DNA of 64,000 nucleotides, taken from an uncultured Gemmatimonadaceae bacterium (GTDB taxonomy: Bacteria > Gemmatimonadota > Gemmatimonadetes > Gemmatimonadales > GWC2-71-9). The stretch covers positions 2,029 to 66,028 of the forward strand of contig CAZNDK010000012.1 in assembly GCA_964571795.1 (NCBI GenBank), written 5' to 3'. This document shows positions 45,232 to 54,850 of this stretch, one piece after another. Every line of letters starts with the position of its first letter. Position 1 is the stretch's first letter. A program made the translations under genes and the position numbers. The notes under the pieces were generated by a model. The model was not told the origin of the DNA. It saw nothing but the letters and a program-made list of their open reading frames with translations, and ran no database searches.

Positions 45232-48039
45232 CTAGGGCTGCGCCGGCGGCGCCTTCCCCTTCGCAAAATCACCGGCGGTGATGACCGTCATCTTGGCCGG
45301 ATCCACGAACGCCCGGAATCCGGCGCTCACCTGGGCCGGGGTCAGCGCGCCGATGGCGTTCTCGAGCTTGGCGTCCCACGCCATGGTCCGCCCTAGGAAG
45401 AGGCGGTCGGTCAACTGGCCCGCCAGCTGGCCGTCGTCGGCCCGGGCGAGCTGCAGTTGCTGCAGGTACCCGGCCTTCCCCTTGGTCACTTCCTCCGTGG
45501 TGAAGCCCCCTGCCACCGCCTTCTCGGTCACCTCGTGGAAGGCCGTGACCACCTTTTCGGTGTTCTGGGGCGCCGAGATCGCGTAGACCAGCAGCTGCCC
45601 CGCCTGGTCCTCCGAGCTCACGTCGAGCGCACTCCCCGCGCCGTAGCTCAGCCCTTCCTCCTGGCGCATGCGGACGATCAGCCGGGAGTCGAAGGCGGAG
45701 CCGCCGTAGATGTAGTCGCCGATGGCGAGGGCCGGGTAGCCGGGATCGTCCTCGCTGAGGCGGAGGTTGGTGCCCGCGAGGAGGATGGCGTTCTCCTTGT
45801 CGGGCGTTTCGATCTGTTCGGTCACGGCAGGCCGGTCGCCGTAGAGCTCGGGAATCCTGGCGTACGCCGCCGGGCTCTTCCAGCTCCCGAACACCTCGGT
45901 TACCACCGCAGATACTTCTCCCGGGTCGAAGTCGCCGACCACCGCCACCTCGCCGGCGCCCACGCCATAGAACTCGACCCAGAAGCGCTTCGCGGCGTCC
46001 ACCGTCACCGCCTTGGTGTTGGCGATCCGCTCCTCGATGGTGCTCACGTAGCGCGGGTGGCCGGCCGGGTAGGCCTGCGTGGCCCGCGCGAGGGCGGTCT
46101 GCGCCAGCGCGATCGGGTCGGTCAGCTGGGTCTCCAGCCCGGCCAGCCGCTCGCGCTGCAGCGTCACGAACTCCGACGAATCGAAGCTCGGCTGCCGCAG
46201 GATTTCCCCGACCAGGCGAAGCACCGCGGGCAGGTTGGCGCGGACCGTCGTGATGGACACGGTGGCGCCTTCCGCGGTGCCGCGTACGCCGACCTGCGCC
46301 TTCAACCGATCGAATTCATCCTTGATCTGCTGGCGGGTGTGGACCGTAGTGCCGCGCACCAGCATCGAGCCGGCGAGCGAGGCTGTGGTCGCCTTGCCCA
46401 TGAGGGCGGGCTCGGTGCCAAAATGCAGGCGGATGGTCGCGTTGACCGTCTGCCCCCGTGTGGCCTTGGGCAGGAGAGCCACCTTCATGCCGCTCGGCAA
46501 GGTGCTCCGGGCCGTCCGGGCGTCAATGTTGGCCGGAGTCGGGTCGAACGCCTCACCGGCCGTCATGGTGGTGTCGCCCTTGTAGTCCTTCACCAGGGCG
46601 GCGATGTCGGGCACGGGCGGAATCGTCGCGCGGTCCGGCTTGTCGGTCGGCAGGAACACGCCGAGCGTTCGGTTGCTCGGCTTGAGGTACGCCGCGGCGA
46701 CGCGCTGGACATCCGCCGGCGTCACTGCGCGGACCCGGTCGCGGTTGATGAAGATGAGCCGCCAGTCGCCGCGCGAGGCCCATTCGCTGAGCGCCACGCC
46801 CACCGCGTCGGTCTGCGTGAGACTCAGCTCGATGTTCTTGAGGATGGTCTGCTTGGCGCGGGCCACCTCCTCGTCGGTTGGCGGGCGAACCGTGGCCGAG
46901 TCGAGCGTGGCCAGGAAGGCCGCCTGCGCCGTGGCGAGGGTGTCCTCGCGGCGGAGCTGCGCGCCGGCGATCAGCAGGCTCGGCTGGTACAACTGGTAGG
47001 CGTAGGACCAGACGGACGCGGCCCGCTTGGTCTCGACCATCGCCTGGTAGAGCCGGCCGCTAGGCGCCGACCCCAGCACCTGGGTCAGGACCAGGATGGG
47101 GGCGAAATCGGCGTCGGAACCGGCGGGCACGTGATACCCGGCCAGCAGGACCTGCTGGTCGCCGACTCGACGGAGGGTGACGCTGCGCTCCCCGTCCTGT
47201 ACCGGTTCCACGGTGTATGTCGGCCAGATGCGGTTGGCGCCGTCACGGTTCGGGCGGGGGATCGGCCCGAAGAGCTGTTCGATCCGCTTGAGGACCGTGG
47301 CCTCGTCGAACTTGCCCGCCACGACCAGCACGGCGTTATCCGGCTGGTAGTATTTCCGGTAGAACCCCTGCAGCCGTTCGATCGGCACGTTCTCGATGTC
47401 CGACCGGGCCCCGATGGTGGAGTGCCCGTAATTGTGCCAGAGGTAGGCGGTGGAGAAGACCCGCTCCTCCAGGATGGACTGCGGCTCGTTTTCCCCGAGC
47501 TCGAATTCGTTCCGGACCACCGTCATCTCGGACTTGAGGTCCGCGGCGGCGATGTACGAGTTGACCATGCGGTCGGCTTCGAGCCGGAGCGCCCAGTCGA
47601 CGTTGTCCGCGGTGGCCGGCACCGATTCGAAGTAGTTGGTGCGGTCATACCAGGTGGTCCCGTTGAACTGCGCGCCGTGCGCGGTCATTTCCTCGCCGAT
47701 CTTCGGGTGCCCGGTGGAGCCCTTGAAGAGGAGGTGCTCGAGCAGGTGCGCCATCCCGGTCTCGCCGTAGCTCTCGTGCCGGGACCCCACGAGGTACGTG
47801 ATGTTGACGGTGGCCACCGGCTTGGTCTGGTCGGGGAGGAGGAGGACTTGCAGCCCGTTGGGCAGCCGGTACTCGGTGATTCCCTCGACGGTCGTAACCT
47901 TGACCGCCTGGGGCGCCTTCGGCGCCACCCGAGGGGGCCGGGCCGGCTTCGCGACGGGCTGCTGGGCCGCCATCGGAACGGCCAGGATCGTGAGCAGGTG
48001 GACGGTCAGGGCAATTCGGGTCCAGCGACGCGGGCGCAT
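45232..48039 (-). CDS. M16 (pitrilysin/insulinase) family zinc peptidase, double-length form
   Basis: ORF 45232-48114. ATG 48039 is preceded by GGAG and gives the signal peptide MRPRRWTRIALTVHLLTILAVPMAAQ. HxxEH motif (GMAHLLEHLLFKG). About 935 aa, equivalent to two M16 active/inactive domain pairs. Confidence 0.9.
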   Translation of the reverse strand: MRPRRWTRIALTVHLLTILAVPMAAQQPVAKPARPPRVAPKAPQAVKVTTVEGITEYRLPNGLQVLLLPDQTKPVATVNITYLVGSRHESYGETGMAHLLEHLLFKGSTGHPKIGEEMTAHGAQFNGTTWYDRTNYFESVPATADNVDWALRLEADRMVNSYIAAADLKSEMTVVRNEFELGENEPQSILEERVFSTAYLWHNYGHSTIGARSDIENVPIERLQGFYRKYYQPDNAVLVVAGKFDEATVLKRIEQLFGPIPRPNRDGANRIWPTYTVEPVQDGERSVTLRRVGDQQVLLAGYHVPAGSDADFAPILVLTQVLGSAPSGRLYQAMVETKRAASVWSYAYQLYQPSLLIAGAQLRREDTLATAQAAFLATLDSATVRPPTDEEVARAKQTILKNIELSLTQTDAVGVALSEWASRGDWRLIFINRDRVRAVTPADVQRVAAAYLKPSNRTLGVFLPTDKPDRATIPPVPDIAALVKDYKGDTTMTAGEAFDPTPANIDARTARSTLPSGMKVALLPKATRGQTVNATIRLHFGTEPALMGKATTASLAGSMLVRGTTVHTRQQIKDEFDRLKAQVGVRGTAEGATVSITTVRANLPAVLRLVGEILRQPSFDSSEFVTLQRERLAGLETQLTDPIALAQTALARATQAYPAGHPRYVSTIEERIANTKAVTVDAAKRFWVEFYGVGAGEVAVVGDFDPGEVSAVVTEVFGSWKSPAAYARIPELYGDRPAVTEQIETPDKENAILLAGTNLRLSEDDPGYPALAIGDYIYGGSAFDSRLIVRMRQEEGLSYGAGSALDVSSEDQAGQLLVYAISAPQNTEKVVTAFHEVTEKAVAGGFTTEEVTKGKAGYLQQLQLARADDGQLAGQLTDRLFLGRTMAWDAKLENAIGALTPAQVSAGFRAFVDPAKMTVITAGDFAKGKAPPAQP

Positions 48040-48070
48040 GATCGAACTCCAGAAGGTCGTTGCACGGCAC

Positions 48071-48107
48071 GGCGGCAATCCCGGGAATAGAATCCGGGAC
48101 TGCCGCC
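48071..48107 (-). terminator. Strong GC-rich hairpin downstream of the TonB-receptor/lipoprotein unit
   Basis: ggcggcaatcccgg (48071-48084) pairs with ccgggactgccgcc (48094-48107), a 14-bp stem with a 9-nt loop. The single A/C mismatch on the plus strand becomes a G-U pair in minus-strand RNA. No U-tract. Confidence 0.4.
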
Positions 48108-48129
48108 GATGCAAACTGGATGGAAGCGG

Positions 48130-48576
48130 CTACGGAACGGCGACGGTCACCGGGAAGGGCCCGAAACTCAGGTCATCGGCCGCGGCTTCATGCCCCCAGC
48201 CGACGAGCACGGTCCCCGTCCCCGCTCCGGCCTGGGCCGTGACATCGAACGCGAAGTGGTTGTCGACCAGCATGACCGGAGCGCCCAGGGCGCCCGGGGT
48301 GAAGTTGAGCGCCGCGTAGTGGTCCAGCTCGGTGCCGAGGATCTCGTCGCCGTCATCGTGGTAGAACCGGACCTCGACGCGGGTCACCGTACCGGCCTCG
48401 AGGAGGAGGTCGGCGCTCACGTCCACGTCGTTGACGAACAGCTTGGCGGACGCCGGCGTGTGGTCGTGCGGCGCGGCAGCCTCGTCCTCGCCGCAGCCGG
48501 AGAGCGCGACGGTGGCAAGGAGGGCGGACGGCGCCAGGATGCGAGTCAGCAGGCGAGTGGCAACACGAACGGGCAT
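48130..48576 (-). CDS. His/Asp-rich lipoprotein downstream of the TonB-dependent receptor (unknown function)
   Basis: 148 aa with a lipobox (VALSGC). The mature part is rich in His/Asp/Glu clusters (APHDHTP, FYHDDGDE, LDHY, DNHF, GWGHE) with a beta-rich pattern. It lies 38 nt after the receptor gene. Confidence 0.7.
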   Translation of the reverse strand: MPVRVATRLLTRILAPSALLATVALSGCGEDEAAAPHDHTPASAKLFVNDVDVSADLLLEAGTVTRVEVRFYHDDGDEILGTELDHYAALNFTPGALGAPVMLVDNHFAFDVTAQAGAGTGTVLVGWGHEAAADDLSFGPFPVTVAVP

Positions 48577-48614
48577 GGGTCGAACTCCAGGATGAGGATG
48601 GTGAGTCGAGACAG

Positions 48615-50699
48615 TCAGTTAGGATGGAGAAAGCGCACCGACACCAGCAGGCTGCGTGGCGCGCCGGGATTGATGTAGCCGGAGGCGCGGATCTCCGGAT
48701 AGGTCGTGTCGAACACGTTCAGCAGGTCTACGTCGAGGCTGGTAAGCGGGCTCACCGCGAAGGAGCCGCCGAGGTCCACGACGGCGTACGGCTGGGTGGT
48801 GACCCCCTGCTCGCCGATCGGCGTGTAGGGGCCGGTGAACCGGGCCAGCGCGTACACCGACATGTTGTCCCGGGGAATGAACTCGGCGCCGATCCGCCCG
48901 AAATACTGGGAAACCCCCGGCACCGCGTCGCCGGGCTGGAGCGGCTCGTCGTGGAAGCTCGGCCGCGGGGGCCGGATCGTGCCCAAGTCAAACGATACGT
49001 TCACCGGCTCGGCGATCCCGGTCACCTCGGCGTCGTTGAGCGTCCCGCTGGCCTGCAGCGTGAGGCGGCTGCCGACCTGCAGGGCCGCCGTGACCGACAC
49101 CCCGCGGCGCCGCGTCGTGCCGGCCGCCTCGATGTCGAGGGTCACCGGATTTTTGATCCGCTCGTTGGCGGTGTTGAACTGGAAGAAGGACAGCCCCACC
49201 TGGAGCGGGCCGCTGTTGTACTCGGCGCCGACTTCCCCCGCCCAGGCGGTCACCAGCGGCCGGCTGGGGTCCGCAATGACGCCGATCGGCCCGCGGAACC
49301 CGTGCGCCAGCGAGGCGAGCACACGGAACTTGTCCGACACCAGGTAACTGGCGCCAATCTTCGGGCTCACTGCCGGGTCGGTGGCCTCCTGCCAGTCGGG
49401 GAGCGAGTCCAGCGTGTTCAGGCTGTGGTAGTCGACGAGGTCGCCCCGGAGCCCAAGGTCGTAGAGAAACCGGGTCCCGAGCATCCCACGCCAGCGGACG
49501 AACATGCCGAGCGCCTGGTAACGCCCCTCGTTCCCCTGCGCGGCGGCTTCGGCCACCCGCTCGTCGGTTTCGTCGAGCGTGTAGGTCGTCCAGTCGGCGC
49601 GCCCGCCGATCCCGACGCTGAACTCACCGTCGTCGGTGGCGTGGTTGACCTGCGCCTGCAACCCGAGCGCCTCACGATCATCCCGTTCGGCGGTCTGGCC
49701 CAACACACCGTCTTCGGGCAGCGTCAGGAACACCGTGGACTTCCCGAGTTGCCCCCAGAGCTGGGTCTCGAGGCTGGTTCGGCCCGACAACGGCACGCCG
49801 TACCGGAGCGTCCCGATGTAGCGCTGGGCGTCGCCGCCGTCCGTTGTGTCTGCGGCCGCGGTGAGGTTGCCGTCGTTGTAGTCCTCCACCGACACGTAAC
49901 CGGGGGAGTTCCACGTCGAGCCATACGCGTAGAAGCCGCCCTCGATCCGTCCCTTGCCGACGGCGCGCCAGCCGCGGAGCACGCCGTTCCCCAGCCAGTA
50001 GTCGGCGTTCTCACGCCAGCCCTGCTCCCGCTGACCCGAGAGCGACACTAGCGCGCCTGATTGCTCGTGCCGGTACCCGGTCGTGACCCATCCGCGAACG
50101 TCGCCGAAGGTGGTCGCGCCGAGCGAACCTGCCGCGGCCGCGGCGTCGGCCGAGGTATAGACCTCCACCACGCCTCCGAGGGAGAAGTCCCCGTACAGCA
50201 CGCTGGCCGGCCCGTGGATGACCCGCGTCGTGCTGATGACACCGGGAGAGATGATGCTCCAGTCGGCGTACCCTTCGACGTGGCCGTGGATCGGAAGGTT
50301 GATCGCCACGCCGTCGAGTACCAGCAACACATCGGACGAATGGTCAGACGTGAAGCCGCCGATGACGACGTTGGACGCGAAACCCGGCCCCTGCCCCTGC
50401 TGGTGCACTTCGATCCCCGCCGACCGGCCGATCAAGTCGTACGCGTTGGCAGCCGGCGCCCGCTGCACGGCTTCGGTGCTGACCTCAACCGTGGCGACCG
50501 GCGGCGCCACGGCCTTCTCCCGCTGCCCCGTCACCGTCACCGGCGCAAGCACCGTCACAGGCGTGCTGTCGGGACGGGCGGGAGTTGCCTGCGCCGAAGC
50601 CGAACGCGCTGCCACCGACAGGGCACACGCGCACAGCCAGAACGCCAGGAACAGGCGCCCGGAGACTTGGATGCAACGGGTGTGGCAGGCAACGGCCAT
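48615..50699 (-). CDS. TonB-dependent outer-membrane receptor
   Basis: 694 aa with a signal peptide ending SASAQ. Plug domain: ...APVTVTGQRE...DLIGRSAGIEV...VLLVLDGVAINLP...ISTTRVIHGPASVLYGDFSLGGVVEVYT. A long beta-barrel follows. The exact start is uncertain. Confidence 0.9.
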   Translation of the reverse strand: MAVACHTRCIQVSGRLFLAFWLCACALSVAARSASAQATPARPDSTPVTVLAPVTVTGQREKAVAPPVATVEVSTEAVQRAPAANAYDLIGRSAGIEVHQQGQGPGFASNVVIGGFTSDHSSDVLLVLDGVAINLPIHGHVEGYADWSIISPGVISTTRVIHGPASVLYGDFSLGGVVEVYTSADAAAAAGSLGATTFGDVRGWVTTGYRHEQSGALVSLSGQREQGWRENADYWLGNGVLRGWRAVGKGRIEGGFYAYGSTWNSPGYVSVEDYNDGNLTAAADTTDGGDAQRYIGTLRYGVPLSGRTSLETQLWGQLGKSTVFLTLPEDGVLGQTAERDDREALGLQAQVNHATDDGEFSVGIGGRADWTTYTLDETDERVAEAAAQGNEGRYQALGMFVRWRGMLGTRFLYDLGLRGDLVDYHSLNTLDSLPDWQEATDPAVSPKIGASYLVSDKFRVLASLAHGFRGPIGVIADPSRPLVTAWAGEVGAEYNSGPLQVGLSFFQFNTANERIKNPVTLDIEAAGTTRRRGVSVTAALQVGSRLTLQASGTLNDAEVTGIAEPVNVSFDLGTIRPPRPSFHDEPLQPGDAVPGVSQYFGRIGAEFIPRDNMSVYALARFTGPYTPIGEQGVTTQPYAVVDLGGSFAVSPLTSLDVDLLNVFDTTYPEIRASGYINPGAPRSLLVSVRFLHPN

Positions 50700-50851
50700 C
50701 CTTCGAACAGCTCCATGCCGAGAACCAGCGCCGCGCCCGGGGGCGCGCGCGGGTCAACGACGGAAAAGACAGGCGGTTCCCGGCCAAGCCGGGGCACGCG
50801 GTGCGGTCAGTTGGGTCGGTGTCGAGAATCCCGGGCGCGGACGCGCCGGGG

Positions 50852-51232
50852 TCAGGCGATGCGGGCGGGTGGGGCCGTGGCGAAGGGGCGGGAGTGCTCA
50901 GGGGCGGAATCGGACGCGACGCCAGCGGTGGAGACGATTGCTGAGCGGGTGGCGGGCGTCACGACGGCGACGGGAATCGACGCGGGTTGCGTCAGGGAGG
51001 CCGGCGCGGAAACGGCGCAGGTGCCGAGGCAGCGGCACTCGGTGGGCGCCCGCTCGTGTTGCGACGAGGAGTGATGCCCCGCGTGCGCGTGCGAATCGGG
51101 CGCGTCGGAAGCCGACGCCGCCGCGAGGGACTGGGGGCAGGCGTGCAGGATGGCGGGCGCAGCCATGACGAGGCCGAACCAGAGCCCCAGCAAGCCCGCC
51201 AGCGTCCGTGACCACATCCCCATGGTGCGCAT
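50852..51232 (-). CDS. Small membrane-anchored or exported His/Cys-rich protein upstream of the TonB-dependent receptor (paralog-like to ORF 704-1087)
   Basis: ORF 50852-51241 has a TTG start; in-frame ATGs lie at 51232, 51223 and 51217. Features: an N-terminal helix (LAGLLGLWFGLVMAAPAIL), HAC, a His-rich stretch (DSHAHAGHHSSSQHE), a CRCLGTC motif, and a Pro-rich tail (...ATAPPARIA). Confidence 0.55.
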   Translation of the reverse strand: MRTMGMWSRTLAGLLGLWFGLVMAAPAILHACPQSLAAASASDAPDSHAHAGHHSSSQHERAPTECRCLGTCAVSAPASLTQPASIPVAVVTPATRSAIVSTAGVASDSAPEHSRPFATAPPARIA

Positions 51233-51268
51233 GCCGACCAATGTACTCGGAATCGGCGGGGCCGTCCA

Positions 51269-52846
51269 TTACCCGGGCGCGGGGACGGCCGCGCCTTGGG
51301 CCGGCCCCGCCTCCGGAGCCCGCCGCCGGTCGAGCGTGCGGTACTGTATGGCCTCGCCCACGTGCGCCACGCCGATCTCGGCCGCGCCGTCCAGGTCGGC
51401 GATGGTGCGGGAAATCTTGAGGACCCGATGGTAGGCGCGCGCGGACAGCCCGAGCCGCGCGACGGCCTGGCGCAACAGGACCTCGACCGGCTCGGTCAGG
51501 CGGCAGAATCGGCGGATTTCACGGGCGGTCATGTGCGCGTTGGCGTGCAGGCCGGCCATGCCGACAAAGCGCTCGCGCTGGCGCCGCCGTGCCCGCTCGA
51601 CCCGCTCCCGCACTGTGGCGCTCGACTCCTCCGGCGCCTGCGAGGCGAGGTCGCGATAGGCCACGGCGGGCACCTCGAGGTGGATGTCGATACGGTCGAG
51701 CAGCGGCCCGGAGAGCCGGGAGAGGTAGCGTTCCACGTGCATCGGTGTGCAGTGGCAGCGGTGGGTCGGGTCGCCGAGGTACCCGCAGGGGCAGGGATTC
51801 ATGGCGGCGGCCAGCATGAAGCGCGCGGGGTAGCTGAGGGTGATGGCGGCGCGACTCAGGGTGACTGCACCATCCTCCAGTGGCTGCCGAAGTACCTCCA
51901 GCACGTTGGTCCGGAATTCGGGTAGTTCGTCGAGGAAGAGCACGCCGCCGTGCGCGAGGCTCACCTCGCCGGGACGTGGCGTGGAGCCACCCCCGATGAG
52001 CCCTGCATCGCTGATGGTGTGGTGTGGTGCCCGGAAGGGGCGGACCGTGCACAGCGACTGGCCCGGGGCCAGCATCCCGGCCACGCTGTGCACCTTGGTG
52101 GTTTCCAGCGCCTCGTCGAGCGCCATGCCAGGGAGGATGGAGGGGAGCCGGCGGGCGAGCATTGTCTTCCCCGCCCCGGGCGGACCGACGAGCAGGATGT
52201 TGTGCGCCCCGGCGGCGGCCACTTCCAGGGCTCGCTTCGCCCCGGCCTGCGCCCGCACGTCGCCAAAATCCACGACGTCCGCCGCCCGCTCGGCCATCAG
52301 CGCCCGCACGTCCACGCTGGTGGAGGCGAGCATCGGGCCCGCTCCGAAGTGCGCGCAAACCTCCGCCAGCGTGCGGGCGCCGCGCACCTCGATCCCCTCG
52401 ACGACCGCGGCCTCCGGAAGGTTCGCCTCGGGCAGCACGACGCCCCTGAGGCCTGCCTTCCGTGCGGCGAGGGTCATCGAGAGGGCGCCGCGCACCGGGC
52501 GGAGATCACCTTCGAGCCCCACCTCTCCCACCACGAGCTGCTCGGGGAGGCCCGCCGCATCGAGTTGCTCGCTCGCGGCCAGGATGCCGAGCGCAATCGG
52601 GAGGTCGAAGCCTGAGCCGTCCTTCCGCACGTCGGCCGGGGCCAGGTTGACCGTGATGCGCTTGAGTGGAAAGACGTACCCTGCGTTGACGAGCGCCGCA
52701 GTGACCCGCTCCCGGCCCTCCTTGACCGCGCCGTGGGGCAGGCCCACCGTGGCGACCGAGGGGAGGCCATTCGTGATGTCCACCTCGACCTCGACCAGGT
52801 AGGCGTCGATGCCGAGGACGGCGGCGGAACGGATTCGGGCAAGCAT
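51269..52846 (-). CDS. comM: YifB/ComM family Mg-chelatase-like AAA+ ATPase
   Basis: ORF 51269-52930. ATG 52846 is preceded by GGAGGTG and gives MLARIRSAAVLGIDAYLVEVEVDI... It has a Lon-S5-like N-domain, Walker A GPPGAGKTMLARR, VLFLDELPEF, and a C-terminal ...HRVLKISRTIADLDG. Confidence 0.93.
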   Translation of the reverse strand: MLARIRSAAVLGIDAYLVEVEVDITNGLPSVATVGLPHGAVKEGRERVTAALVNAGYVFPLKRITVNLAPADVRKDGSGFDLPIALGILAASEQLDAAGLPEQLVVGEVGLEGDLRPVRGALSMTLAARKAGLRGVVLPEANLPEAAVVEGIEVRGARTLAEVCAHFGAGPMLASTSVDVRALMAERAADVVDFGDVRAQAGAKRALEVAAAGAHNILLVGPPGAGKTMLARRLPSILPGMALDEALETTKVHSVAGMLAPGQSLCTVRPFRAPHHTISDAGLIGGGSTPRPGEVSLAHGGVLFLDELPEFRTNVLEVLRQPLEDGAVTLSRAAITLSYPARFMLAAAMNPCPCGYLGDPTHRCHCTPMHVERYLSRLSGPLLDRIDIHLEVPAVAYRDLASQAPEESSATVRERVERARRRQRERFVGMAGLHANAHMTAREIRRFCRLTEPVEVLLRQAVARLGLSARAYHRVLKISRTIADLDGAAEIGVAHVGEAIQYRTLDRRRAPEAGPAQGAAVPAPG

Positions 52847-52896
52847 GAGGGCGGCACCTCCGTGAAGAGCTCCACGGTAGCGCCGCCCCGTTCCGC

Positions 52897-52923
52897 CTCC
52901 CCCGTCAATCGACCGTGGGGGAG
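52897..52923 (-). terminator. Hairpin downstream of the DUF2911 array (weak terminator candidate)
   Basis: ctccccc (52897-52903) pairs with gggggag (52917-52923), a 7-bp stem with a 13-nt loop that could extend through G-U pairs. No U-tract. Confidence 0.3.
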
Positions 52924-52942
52924 TACACAATCCCGCGATGCG

Positions 52943-53869
52943 CTAGGGCACTCGAGTCCCCACGGCCTGCACCTGGTCATTCCTCCCACGAATGACGAAC
53001 CCGGTGGCCCGCCCGTCCGTCACGTCGAATTCCGTGGCCAGGCCTGGCTGCGCGTCGAAGATGCCGTATTCCTCGACGAACCCCGGGTAAAAGGCATCCG
53101 AGCCGATCGAGATCAGCAACGCGTGGTACGGCGAGTCCGAGTCTCCCGGCACCTCCCAGTCCATCTTGAGCGTGTCCGGAGTGTAGGAGACTCTCCACGT
53201 TTCGAGAGGCGGTTCGGAGTCCGGTTTTGCGGCCGTGGAATCCGGCAGCCAGCGGAGGGAGTATGTCCCGACGTACCGGCCGGCCAGCTCGGGGGCAAGC
53301 GTCAGCGGATGCGACGGTGTGACGGCAACCCGCAGCACGACCGCCCGTCCTGCCCAGGCCATCCGGAGCGCCGTCCCAGTCATGCTCACCTCGGTGAACG
53401 ACCAGGTGAGCAGCTCGGGGCCGCTCACCGAGTCGGGGGTGACCGCGAATCGTATCTGGGCGCTGTCGGGCTTCGGGTGCGCGGTGTGGAACTGCTTCGC
53501 CTTGGGATCGAGGATGACGGTCCAGTCCGTCGGCTGGACCTCCATCCAGACGGAATACTTGCCCTTCGGAAGCGGATGCCCGTTGATGGACACGTCCTTG
53601 TCCACCTCCAGCGTCGTGGCCCAGTTGGCGCCCGGCGTCCAGACCTCGCCCCAGGTGACCACCTTGCCGTAGACCGGCACGCGCGCCCGGCTGTTCGGCC
53701 GGCTGTACTCCACGGTCAGCGTGGTGCCATCAACCGTTTGGGCGACGATCGCGTGCTCGCTCGCGCGCACCTGGGCGCGGGCGCCGGCGGGAACGGCCAT
53801 CAGGGTGGCGACGACGATGGGCAACCAGCTGGCGTTGGGCATCCGTACTCCGGCAAATCGAGACATCAC
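52943..53869 (-). CDS. DUF2911 domain protein, copy 1 (plus a shared C-terminal module)
   Basis: 308 aa. The start is GTG 53869 or ATG 53866, either one overlapping the copy-2 stop. Signal peptide ...AGARAQ. Motifs: VRASEHAIVAQTVDGTTLTVEYSRP...VWTPGANWATTLEVDKDVSINGHPLPKGKYSVWMEV. Tail: ...EFDVTDGRATGFVIRG. Confidence 0.85.
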   Translation of the reverse strand: MMSRFAGVRMPNASWLPIVVATLMAVPAGARAQVRASEHAIVAQTVDGTTLTVEYSRPNSRARVPVYGKVVTWGEVWTPGANWATTLEVDKDVSINGHPLPKGKYSVWMEVQPTDWTVILDPKAKQFHTAHPKPDSAQIRFAVTPDSVSGPELLTWSFTEVSMTGTALRMAWAGRAVVLRVAVTPSHPLTLAPELAGRYVGTYSLRWLPDSTAAKPDSEPPLETWRVSYTPDTLKMDWEVPGDSDSPYHALLISIGSDAFYPGFVEEYGIFDAQPGLATEFDVTDGRATGFVIRGRNDQVQAVGTRVP

Positions 53870-54801
53870 TTCGTGCGGGTGCCCTTCCCAATCACTTCGT
53901 CATTCTCCGCCCGGACCTCGAAGCCGGTCGCCCGGCCGTCCTTCACCGTGAACTCGATGACCAGCTCGTTCGTGACGTCGAAGAGCTTCCCGTCGAGCAT
54001 GGCGCCCGGGTTGAACCAGTTGTCGCCGATCTTGATGAGCACCAGGTGCTGCCACTCCGGGAAGGGGGGCGGCACCCATTCGGTCAGCAGCATGCCGTTG
54101 GAGTACGTGACCGTCCACACCGAGGATTTCGCGAAGGCCGAGTCCGGCTGCTCCTCGGTCGTGTCGCGCGACACCCAGGCGTATTGGTAGGTGCCGGTGT
54201 AGCGCCCCGCGATGTCCGCCGGCACGGTGAGCGGATGCGACGGCGGCACCGTGACCTTGAGCGACACCGACCGGCCCGCCCAGGCCATCCGCATCGTGGT
54301 GCCCGTGGCCGACACCTCCGGGAACGACCAGGTAAGGACGTCCGGCCCGGTCCCCGCCTCCGGCGTCACGGCGAACCGCACCTGCGTGCTGTCGGGCTTG
54401 GGGTGCGCCACGTGGAAGAGGCGCGACTTCGGGTCGAAGATGACGGTCCAATCCTTCTCCTGGACCTCCATCCAGACCGAGTACTTCCCCTTCTTGAGCG
54501 GGTGGCCGTTGACGGTGATGTCCTTGTCCACCTCGAGCGTGGTGGCCCAGTTGGCGCCCGGGGTCCACACCTCGCCCAGCTCGATGACGGTCTTCGGAGC
54601 CTTGCCGGAGGCCGGCGGCGCCTTCGGCCAGATTGCCATGCGGCCGCGCACCTGCGGCCGGCTGTATTCGATGGTGAGCGTGGTGCCGTCAACGGTCTGC
54701 GCGATCACGGCGTGCTCGCTGGCGCGGATTTGCGCGCGAAGGGTTGCAGGCAGGGCAAGGCAGGCGGCGGTCAGCAGCGCAAACGCGCGGGCGCGTGTCA
54801 T
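53866..54801 (-). CDS. DUF2911 domain protein, copy 2
   Basis: ORF 53866-54876. ATG 54801 gives MTRARAFALLTAACLALPATLRAQ. The motifs match copy 1, with an extra MAIWPKAPPASGKAPKTVIEL insertion. Tail: ...EFTVKDGRATGFEVRA. Confidence 0.85.
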   Translation of the reverse strand: MTRARAFALLTAACLALPATLRAQIRASEHAVIAQTVDGTTLTIEYSRPQVRGRMAIWPKAPPASGKAPKTVIELGEVWTPGANWATTLEVDKDITVNGHPLKKGKYSVWMEVQEKDWTVIFDPKSRLFHVAHPKPDSTQVRFAVTPEAGTGPDVLTWSFPEVSATGTTMRMAWAGRSVSLKVTVPPSHPLTVPADIAGRYTGTYQYAWVSRDTTEEQPDSAFAKSSVWTVTYSNGMLLTEWVPPPFPEWQHLVLIKIGDNWFNPGAMLDGKLFDVTNELVIEFTVKDGRATGFEVRAENDEVIGKGTRTK

Positions 54802-54850
54802 CGGGACTCCCAGGAAATGCGTGAACATCGGTCCAGGCCGCGGCGATGCG

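Noticed and set aside
45457-50051. 877-aa ORF 45457-48090 (+) and 475-aa ORF 48624-50051 (+) opposite the M16 peptidase and the TonB-dependent receptor
   Set aside because: They are antisense to genes with HxxEH and plug/barrel motifs. Their Gly/Arg/Val/Asp-rich repetitive composition is typical of GC-rich antisense frames.
50700-50851. Possible riboswitch (for example cobalamin) or Fur/Zur box in the 152-nt region upstream of the TonB-dependent receptor
   Set aside because: The region is too short for a cobalamin riboswitch, and I see no B12-box-like core and no AT-rich metalloregulator palindrome, only small GC hairpins. A covariance-model scan would be needed to exclude other elements.
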